Shown here in pieces: positions 38,292-48,100 of a stretch of DNA of 64,000 nucleotides. The notes beneath the pieces are model-generated. The model did no database searches. It was not told the DNA's origin and saw nothing but the letters and a program-made list of their open reading frames with translations. The position numbers were made by a program, and so were the translations under genes. Numbering within the stretch: the stretch's first letter is position 1; each line of letters begins with the position of its first letter. Location of the stretch: the NCBI GenBank assembly GCA_026936335.1, contig JAPMXV010000010.1, forward strand, positions 186,001 through 250,000, read 5' to 3'. This stretch comes from Mantamonas sphyraenae STR306 (lineage: Eukaryota > Protista > CRuMs).

Positions 38292-39893
38292 TCATCTCCT
38301 CCTCGTCTCTAGGTCGTCGTCGTTGCGGATGCCATCCTCAACGTACATCTTGGCCGCGTCGAGGGTGTTGGACATGAGCGAGACGATGGTCATGGGACCC
38401 ACGCCTCCAGGCACTGGGGTGATGGCCTTGGCGACGGTGGAAACACTTTCAAAGTCGACGTCGCCCACCACACGGCCCTTGCCCAGGCGTGTGTTGCCCA
38501 CGTCGATGACAGTGGCACCCGGTTGCACCCAGTCGGCGGTGATCATCTGGGGTTTGCCTGCACAGCTGATTACAACCTCGCCCGTCTGTACAATGGCCTT
38601 GACGTTGTTCTGTGCAGTGTGCAGGCGTGTGCGAGCACGGTGGCGGGGTGTCAGCGCGCGTTTGTGCAGTGGCCGCGGGAGTGGCAAGGATGCGTTTTTT
38701 GGGGAGAGCCCGAAATTGCACCCGAGGCTGCGTGGTGCGGGAAATGCTCGTGACGTGCAGGTGCACAGTGTTTGCACTCGATTCACTTACCGTGTGCCGG
38801 TGGGCCAGGGTTACGGTGGCATTCTCGCGGTTGAGCATGAGGGACAAGGGCAAGCCGACGGCTGGCGAGCGGCCGACGACGACGCAATGGCGCCCAGCCA
38901 GCGGGATTTGGTAGTGCCGAAGCAGGGCCAGGCATGCCATGGGCGTGCATGGCGTATGCGTTGGCTCCACGTGACGCATGGCCAGCTTGGCCTGATTGCG
39001 TTCGTCCGACCCATCCACGTCTTTGACCAGGGACACCTCGTTCCAGATGCCGGTCGGGTCCAGCGAGAAGGGCAACGGATTCTGCACTAGGATCCCATGC
39101 ACCTCGGGGTTTTCGTTTAGCGAACGCACCACTGCCTCGATGGCCTGTGCGTGGCAAGTGTGTGTGTGTGTGTGGCACCCGGCGTATGTCAGCAGTTGCA
39201 AACCCGGAGAAGCTTCCGGCAAAACCGGACACGGGCATTTTTCCTCCGCTCCTTCTCCATGCCGGACCCACCTCTTGTGACACGTCCATCGGTAGTTGCA
39301 CGTCAAAATTCTTGTACCCGACAAACTCGGCCATTTTCCTCTTCATGCGCACGTACGTCACGCTGTCATTGCTGTGTGCATGGAGCATGTCAGCTTCCCG
39401 AAGAAACCATGTTTCCCCATCTTCGAATCTCCCGGCGCCGGCGCAGAAGACAACCCCTTTTTTCCGCTTAACCCTCTCGGCGCCCTGCTGCCTGCCTGCG
39501 ATGCCTGCACACTTACTTGTTGCCTACAATCACCATGGCTAGACCTGGCTTGACCCCATTTCGCTCCACAAACTGAGTCGTCTCGGCTTGCAGTTCTTTT
39601 GCGCGCTGCTCGGCCAATCGTGTTCCGTTCATGAGCACGGGGCCCCGCTGCTGCTCCTGATCCACTCCTGCGGCATTTGCAGCCAATGGGCCGCTTAGAG
39701 GCAATGCTCCGTGGGCGTGAAACATGCTGGGATGTGTTTCAAGGTGGCCACTCGCCCCTGCGCTGTCCCCCTTGTTGTGCAACCTTCGCGTGTGCACTGT
39801 CCACGCCCACGCCCCACTGGGGCCCTCTTGCTGCACGGCCTGTTTCAATAATGTTGTTGCTGCCCCTCTTCGTCCTTGTGTTCGTACAAACAT
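38292..39893 (-). CDS. folD: Bifunctional methylenetetrahydrofolate dehydrogenase/cyclohydrolase, likely mitochondrial, multi-exon
   Basis: PGLAMVIVG, VHGILVQNPLP, KDVDG, PCTP, VVGRSPAVGLP, VIDVG, VGDVDF and ITPVPGGVGPMT. Confidence 0.93.
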
Positions 39894-40265
39894 GCTTCCA
39901 GGAATGGGGGGGGGGGATGGTTTGCCGTGGGTGGCGCTCCCCTCGCAGCACAACAAACAAGAGTCTCTCTGAGTGGCATGGTACGTGCCACAGCGTAAAC
40001 ACGTGTCGGTCTCACATTCCGTCCACACAACTGACACACAGCACATCCGTTCATTGCGTTTGACTCGTTGCAACCGACCAACGACGGAATGAACCGCAGT
40101 GGAATGTGCTCACGGTCGAACAGAGACAACTGATCGCACGGTACGTGGGCTACGGCTGGACCACAGTGTCCATGGCCGCCGTGGCCGCCTATGCAGTCCA
40201 CACAGTCACCGACAAGGACGAGGGGCCTGCGGAGAGCGGGCGCCACCCGGGGCAGCCAAGTGGAC

Positions 40266-43200
40266 ATGGATCTCGAGAGCACAGCGAGCGGAAAGAAGAG
40301 AGCCAATAACAGAGGTGGCAAACAGCGTTCATCCAACGCATCAGCTTCGTCTTCCTCCTCCTCGTCCGCTGGCGAGGAGGCATTTTCCGGGCGCCGCGGA
40401 TTTCGCCAGGGCAAGACGCGTCAGGACGACGACGACGGAGGCTGGGACCAGCCGGGCGAGGACGTCATCACACAAGAAGTGGTGGACGCAAAGGCCATGG
40501 AGTTGTTCCCTGACGTCATGCAACGTGTGCGCGCCAAGCGAGACTCGACCACACGCAAGCAGGTGGGTTGCCGTGTGATGCATGCGCTGCTGTCCGTCCG
40601 CCTCCATCCTGCCTCCCAGCACACACCCAGCCTCGCTTACACCGCGGATTCCGTGTTGATTCCATCTCCTCGACACAGGCCACCGCCGTGCTGCTCGCAC
40701 TCAACAGCACCATGGTCGACGAGCAGCAGGCTCCCAGTGCCACGTTTTATTTCCAGGCCCTCATGGATTGCCTGGAAAGCAACCAGGATGCCGCCGACGA
40801 AACCGTCGCCGGCGTCCTCTATCTCATCAGCACTCTCATTCCTCAGTACGTACCTTGAGCCCGTTTTTGCATGTGGCATGCCCGACCCTGAGGCTAATCT
40901 TCCATCCGCGCAACCCGCACACACACACACCTAATTTTCACCACCCCACAGTGTGCCCAAGGCTGTGCTGCAACTGCGCTTCAAGGACAGTGCCAAACTG
41001 TTGCTGCAGGTTGCGGATGTGCATGAAGAGTCGCAGTCTGTGGTAAAGGCGCTGTGCACGTGCATCGGTCACTTGATGCACAGCCAAGCGGCCAAGGTGT
41101 GGGGCTCGGGTACGATGCTCAAGCTTGTGCAACAGCTGCTGTCACTTGCCACAGGCAGCCATTCCAAGGTGCGGCCCAAGGCACGCGAGGCAATGGGCAT
41201 TGCTTTTGACCAGCTCCCTGTGGATTGTGCCCACAAGATTGCTCCTGCCATCGAGGCAGTGTCGTTGGACGTGTTTGGAAGCTGCTCTGCAAAGGAGTGC
41301 AACACAGCTCTGTATCTGCTGGCTGTCCTTGCCCAAATCCTTGCTTATTTGCCGCCGGCAACGATTGCCAAGTTGAGCGGACACATGTTCCCGCTGCTGA
41401 CCATGGGCAACCCGTTCCTGCGTTCCAACGCCATGGATTTGTTCCTGGCCATGTTTCGCAAGGAGAACAGCAACCTGGACGCCACGTTCACGTCTGACCT
41501 GCTGCAGGCGCTGATTGAACACAAACCTGCGGTCCAGGATGCGGGTCCCTCGGCCCAGTTTGCCACCGTGTGCAGCCATGCCCTCAAGAGCCTGGCTGCC
41601 ATGGACGCCGAGGCGGCAGGTGAGATGCTTCCCGAGCTGGTGGGCCATCTGATGCCCAACTTTGCAAGCGACAACGACGCACTGGTGGATGCCACATCGC
41701 GTGCCTTGCAGCTGACCATGCGTCATTGCATCAGCCAGGAGATGGTGCAACAAGCCATCGACAGCCTGGACGACAACGGCAACCTGCCACAGCCCGTCAC
41801 ACGCACAGCCAAGAGCAAGCAGCAACCGCAGAAGAAGGGTCGCCGTGGAGGCGACGACGATGGCATGGACGAAGAGGATGCGGTTGGGGACGAGGAGGAC
41901 GAGGAAGAAGAAGTGATGGAGGACGGAGGCAACGACAGTGATGACACGCCAGCGCTGGCGCTGGTTGTGCATCGTCTGCGTGGCGGATTGAAGCTGAGGT
42001 ACCGTGGAGCGTGGGATCTGGTGCTCAAGGTGCACGCTGAGCTGTTTGCACGCCTGCAAACGGATGCGTTCCCAATGCTGGCGGAGCTGCTGAGTGAGAT
42101 GGGCGCGCTGCGTCACTTGGACGACTTTCACTTTCGGGACGCGTTGGACGCGGCGATTGGGGCGGCGGTGAGCGGCATGGGCCCAGAGAACGTACTTACG
42201 GTGCTGCCCATGGACCTGCTGCAGGACTCGGACGATTTGAAGGAGGAGGAAACGGCGCGTGTGTGGATGCTGCCACTGCTTGCGCGGTATGTGCGCTGCA
42301 CCGAGCTCGCGTTTTTCAACTCCCACTTTGCACCGCTTGCGTTCAAACTGGGCAAGCGTGCAGACTCGCTGGACGGCGGAGCGGGTGCCAACGCATCGAT
42401 GGGCGGTGGCGACGACGCGGGCGACGACGATTTGGAAAGCATGGGATTGGGCATTGAGCGCGCGCAGCCCACGTATGCAGACGAAAAGGCGGCTCAGCTG
42501 CGCACACTGCAACGTCAGGTGTGGGAGCTGTTGCCTCGGTTCTGCATCATGCCCGTGGATTGTGCGGAGGAGTTTCCCAACATGGCCAAGAACCTGGCGC
42601 AGACGATGAAGCGGCATCCGCAGTGGCAAAAGGTGATTTGCAGGGGCCTGCGCACGCTGATCCAGTCGAATCGCCGCGTGGCCGGACGCACCGACGACTT
42701 TCTGGAGTTGGAGGATGTGAAGAAGGAGGCGTTTGGCACGAGTGGCCAGCATAGCGAGGATGTCAAGGCCAACCGGGCGGCGGAGGAGGAGCAGAAGGCC
42801 ATGGCCTCGTATCCGTTTGATGAGGCACGTGCAGAGGAGCATTTGGCGTCGGTGACGCGGTATGCAGGCAACTATCTGCCGATTCTGTTTGGGGTGTTTA
42901 CACGCACGCGTCCGGGCGACCGACAGGTGGTGGCCGAGTGCATCATGGAGTTTGCCAGTGTGAGCGAGAGCGAGGTGGTCACGAAACACTTCAACCAGGT
43001 GATGAACAGACTGATGAAGTTGGACATGGAAGACGGTGACGAGGAGGATGAGGGCGAGGGTGAAGAGGTGGGCGAGGGTCAAACGCCGGCCGCGGTGCGC
43101 AGGCACAATCTGACGGAACTGGGCATCTGTTTGGTGCACTCGTTGGACGACGAGAGCGTGGGCCACCTGTACGAACTGATGCGTCCGTACCTGGAGGACG

Positions 43201-44966
43201 AAGACCACACACTGCAGAAAAAGGCGTACAAGATGCTGCGTCGCATGTTCCGCACCCATCCGGATTGGATGCGAGCCAACGTGGACGATCTGATGGCCAC
43301 CCTTGCCGAGTCGCTGGTGGAAGTGACGTCGGAAGCCAAACAGTTCCGCATGCCGTGTTTGCACTACCTGGTGAGCCAGCTGCAGGGCGAGGACATTGCG
43401 GTGATTGAAGACCACATCGCAGAGGTGGTGCTTGCGCTGAAGGAGCAGAACGACGACGCGCGGCTGCAGGCGTACGACCTGTTGGTGTCCATGTGTGCAA
43501 GGTACAAGGAGCTGCCGCAGGGGGCCAGCCAACTGACCATGGGCGACGGCGCAGACGAGCAGGAGGATGAGCAGGAGGCATACACACCGTCGCTGGCGGA
43601 GGAGAACGTGACCCGATTCTTCCAGATTGTGATGGCGGGTCTGGCCAAGATGGACGAGGAGTCGCTGATGGCCACGTCGACGATTTCTGCGCTGGGCAGG
43701 CTGATGTACGAGTTCCACAGCGACCTGCCGGACCACGTGTGCACGCAGATCATCGACGCCATCCTGCCGTTCCTGCAACAAGGGGACAAGGCGATTGTGC
43801 GCGTGGTGATCGGCTTCATCAAAGTGTGCATCATGCGTCTGGAACCTGGTCTGTACGAAGATCTGCTGGGCCCCATGATCAAGGGCCTGCTGCACTGGTC
43901 GGCCAACTCGCGACGTGAGCTGCGCCTGAAGGTCAAGGTGATCTTTGAGCGCATGATGCGCAAGGTGGGCTACCACGCCATGCTGGACCACTTTCCCACC
44001 AAACACCGACGCTTCATTGCCACCATCAAGAACGAACACGAGGCCAAGCTGCGCAACCGTGCCAAGGCGCGTGAAGCACACATGGAGGCCAACGCGGCGG
44101 CGGCGCACCACGAGCGTGTGCTGGCACGCGCACGCGAACAGGGACGCAAGACAGGTGGCGGACCTGGAGAGCGCGCACCCATGGACAAGGACGACCTGGG
44201 AGGACTGCGACGCAAGACGGAAGGGACGTGGTTGCAGGAGGCCGGCGACGACGATCCGCTGGACTTTTTGGGGGCGAGTGTGAACCAGCGTGTGCTGTCC
44301 ACGAAACCGCAGGCACGAGGGAGCAAGAGTGCACTGGACGAGGACTCGGACGACGATGTACAGATTGGCAAGGACGGCCGGGTGGTGGTGCGAGACGACG
44401 ATTCGGACGAGGAGGGTGCCCAGTCGGGCGACAAACGCAAACGACGCGCAGACGACACGGGTCTGGAGGAGATGTACAACGAGGACGAGTTTTTCGACGC
44501 CAACGCACGCAAGTTTAAGCGTGCACGTGAGGTGTACGGCAACGGCCTGGTGGGGGAGGAGGACTCGGATGGGGAGTGGGACGACGACGAAGACATGGTG
44601 GAGCGCGAGATGCGTGGCAGGCGGGGCACAAGCAGCAGCGGCAGCAGCCGACGTGGTGCAGGCGGTGCAGGCGGTGCGGGTGGCAGTGGAGAGGGTGGCA
44701 AGGGCGGAGGGCGCTCGGGACGTGGCAAGCAGCTGCGCGAGGCCAGAGAGAAGTTTGGACGCAAGTACAGGGGCAAGGGCAAGGGCGATGTGCCTCGAGA
44801 GGGCCAGTACCAGCCTGTGGAGTACGTGCCATTGCCCCCGACGCTGAACAACAAGCGGAACAAGAAGGAGAAGCACCAGGTGAACAACATGCTCAAAGCA
44901 GCCAAGATGGGTTCGCTGCAAGGGGCCAAGGGCCGTCGCAGGAAGCAGAGGCAAGGGAGGAAGTGA
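40266..44966 (+). CDS. RRP12: Ribosomal RNA processing protein RRP12 (HEAT repeats, NUC173), 3 exons
   Basis: IGAAVSGMGPENVLTVLP, WMLPLL, QVWELLPRFC, LQKKAYKML, and C-terminal KGKGDV...QPVEYVPL. Introns at ~40563-40678 and ~40850-40951. Confidence 0.92.
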
Positions 44967-44979
44967 CGAGGTTGGTGGG

Positions 44980-45160
44980 AGAAAGGCAACGTTTGTTCTT
45001 TGCGCAGGCCTTTGCGACCGACCGTGAACACTGCTGTGCTTTGTTGAAAAACAATAAAAATCCATCCTTTCGATGGTAGTCGGTCGCAAATCCCTGCCGT
45101 CACCCGCCCGTCGCCCCGCCCGCCTTTAGTCTGTGTTGTTTTGTGCGATTGTGCGATTCA
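44980..45160 (-). ncRNA. Candidate omegaRNA (guide scaffold) of the Fanzor gene
   Basis: Perfect 12-bp inverted repeat 45011-45022/45079-45090, extended by gcagg/cctgc (45004-45008/45093-45097). It encloses the hairpins ccatc-N5-gatgg (45062-45076) and ttgtt-N4-aacaa (45041-45054), and lies just 3' of the Fanzor stop, where omegaRNAs are encoded. Confidence 0.6.
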
Positions 45161-45163
45161 CTC

Positions 45164-48100
45164 TTACTCCTTGCGCAGTTGCGCCCGTTGCTTGCGCCAC
45201 CTCCTCGATGACAGCTTTGTGTGAGTCTTCCTGTCCACGCCCGAGATTGCCACCACCAACAGAGTGGCGATGGTCACCGCAGCGTCCGTATCCTTGTGCT
45301 GCGCCCATCGTTCGCAGCGTGCGCAGTCCCACCATCTTCGGCTACAGCCCCGCCTCGTGTACGATTTCGGGCTCAGGGTCACCTGGTGTCCACACTCGCG
45401 GCACAGAGCAGAGGTGTACGCCTCGCGTGTGACCACGAGCGTATGTGTACGACTCAGGTGTCTCTTGACGTCCGCCAGAGGGACCCGCGCACTGAAGCCG
45501 CCGTTCCCAAAAGCAAGCAGGGAGCGCTGCTGGACCAGCCTGTCAATGTCCGAGATGGAGGCCGAGATGCCAGCAAGGTACCTGTTGCGGAGCTTGCGGT
45601 GTTCGTAATGATGCGCATCCACGAGGTTCCGGTGCGGCTCTCGCTGTGCAAACTCTTCCCGCTTTGCTTGGTTCAGTTCTTGCCATGTCGGGGTAGAAGA
45701 AGCAGATGATGATGGTGATGATGATGAGGAGGAGGAGGATGATCGTGCGTTGGATCGTAGCGTACGTCGGGATGCTGCTGCTGCTGCTGCTCTGCATCTT
45801 CTGACTGCTTCCGTGGCAGCCTGGGTCAGGACGTTCTGCTTCTTCCTGAGCTGACTGGTCCGCAGCATATGTCTGTAAGATGGTGTTGGCAATGGAAAGT
45901 AGATACCTGCGTCCACGTGCAGAACATTGTCGCGATCGAGTGTCGCTGACATCTTGTTGTGGTGAAAGACAGCGACGCAGCTGGTGCAGTCAACGTTGGG
46001 GTCCATCCCGATTACAGGTATACCAGCAGGCGTCCACAAATCGTTCTGCCCTAGTGTACGGGCCACCTGTTTGTCTGACTCGAGCAAGATTCCAGTGCGC
46101 TTGCCAGCAGAAGTTTGCGATGGCTCGCACTCCGCATCCAGGTGCTGCATGACGTCTGTAAGGCTGCTCTCGTCGACACCAGACTCTTCAAACCACTGCT
46201 CCAGCTTGGGCATGGCCGCTCTGCCGTACGCTTGATAAAAGAGGCTCGCCATATGCATGACGTGGAACCACGATAGATCCCGCACCCGACCCTTCGCGTC
46301 GAACCCAACACGGACACATGCGACACGCAGTGCCTCGTCGACGTCTGATGCTGCCACGCAGCCCTGAGCCCCTTTCAGCTTTCGACGGGCTCCAACAGCC
46401 AGGCTATGAGGGGCGTAGACAGTTTGATAGATAGATCGACCGTCGTTGCCACCGAGGGTGATCCCCTGCCCTCGAGTCTCCTGCCCTGTGTCTGAGTTCC
46501 AGAGCCCCGGTAGAACGAGCATGGTGACTGCGTTTACAAGGTCACCCCGGTGGGCTGCCCATCCAGCTTCCGTCCTCATAATGCCGACATGTGTTCGCCC
46601 TTTGATCCTCTCCAGTGCACGCTGTGAACCTGGGCACAGAACAGCAGCGTGGTCCACAATAAGCTGGTTGAGCTGGCGAGCGAGCACGTTTGACTTTGCT
46701 CGCTCATCCCAGGGCAACGTCTCGATGATCGCGGTGGCGGCTGCTGCTGCTGCTGCTGCTGCTTCGCCTCCCCTCGTACTCAAGTGCTTCAGAAAGTCGT
46801 ATGCGACCCGAAACAGCTTGTACTTTAGATCGTAGCCGGACACAGAGACCGTACAGCGTGCTGTAGCGTGTGGGCGAGGTACAAGCTGGACAGCGTGGCC
46901 ACATTGCTCAGCCTCCAATTTGAGCAGACAGATGTAGGACGCGACACGGGCCTGGTTCTTCTCGTCCTCCTTTGCCTTTGAGAGCAAAGGCGAGCCAGCC
47001 ACGACCTTGCTCACCTTGTCCTTCAGCGGCTGCAGCTGCGTCCTCCAGTCCATCTGCTGCTGCTGCGCAACCACAAGCGCCTCTTCATGGTCCTGGTCTT
47101 GGTCCTCATCTCGATCCTGCTCGTGATCTTGGTCTGCTTCCGGTTCTCCATCGTCGTCGACCTCGTCCACCTCCTCGACCTCCTCTGCTTTCACCCTCTT
47201 CTTCCATGCTGCGAGTGACATCCCCGACACGTATGCGCATGCCACCTCTGTCAGCTTCCGCGGGAGCTCCGGCACAGCATTGGACACCATCCTTTTCACC
47301 GATGAAGTCCAGTGTCTGGTCGCAAGGTTCCACATGGTCCTCATCTGACGTGCAGCTGACCCCTCAGCCAGCAGATTCTCGAGTTGCTGACGCTGCTCCT
47401 CAAGCTCCAGGCCGTCGTAGTATGGACTCGCAGTATGGGCGCACAACACTCCGTACAAGAGCTCCCGTTCCTGCACGAAGCGACTGTGAGTGTCGAGCAG
47501 GACTGCTTCCAATTCCTGGCGTTGGCTCTCAGTCATCCTGCTGTCCGCTGCGTCCTGAATAGTCCCACGTGCCACGGTTGTGGATTTTCCCGCCAGTCCC
47601 ATCACTCGTTCCACGCCTCCGTGTCCACGGCCGTCATGCATCCCGTACACACCAGACAACGCCTGTTCCTCAGTCGGGCGGCGGTCGTTTAGCAGCGCTG
47701 CAACCTTCCGTCCAAGCTTGTAGAACGATTCACGCTCAGCTGTGCGCGCCTCGTCAATCTCATCCTCATTGTCCTCTTTGCTTGACTCCTGTACGTAGCA
47801 GACATCCTTGCCACAGAGCAGTTTGGCCAAACGGCCCTTCAAGTAGGTGCCCTTGGCCAACATCGAGTCACACAGTGTCTCCACCTCGTCGCGGTTGCTG
47901 CATGAATCAAGTTTTCCCGCCTCGACATCCGCGAGCAGCTCCTCTCGCTTCTTTTCGACTGCCTTCTCGAACTGCTGCATGTTGTCGTACCTTTTTGCCT
48001 TCTTCTTTGCCTTTTCAATCTCCTCCTGCAGCTCAGTCTGCCGTTCAATCGCGTTGTCGAGCGAGGCACGCTCCCGAGCACCCAGCTGAAGCCGTCCTTG

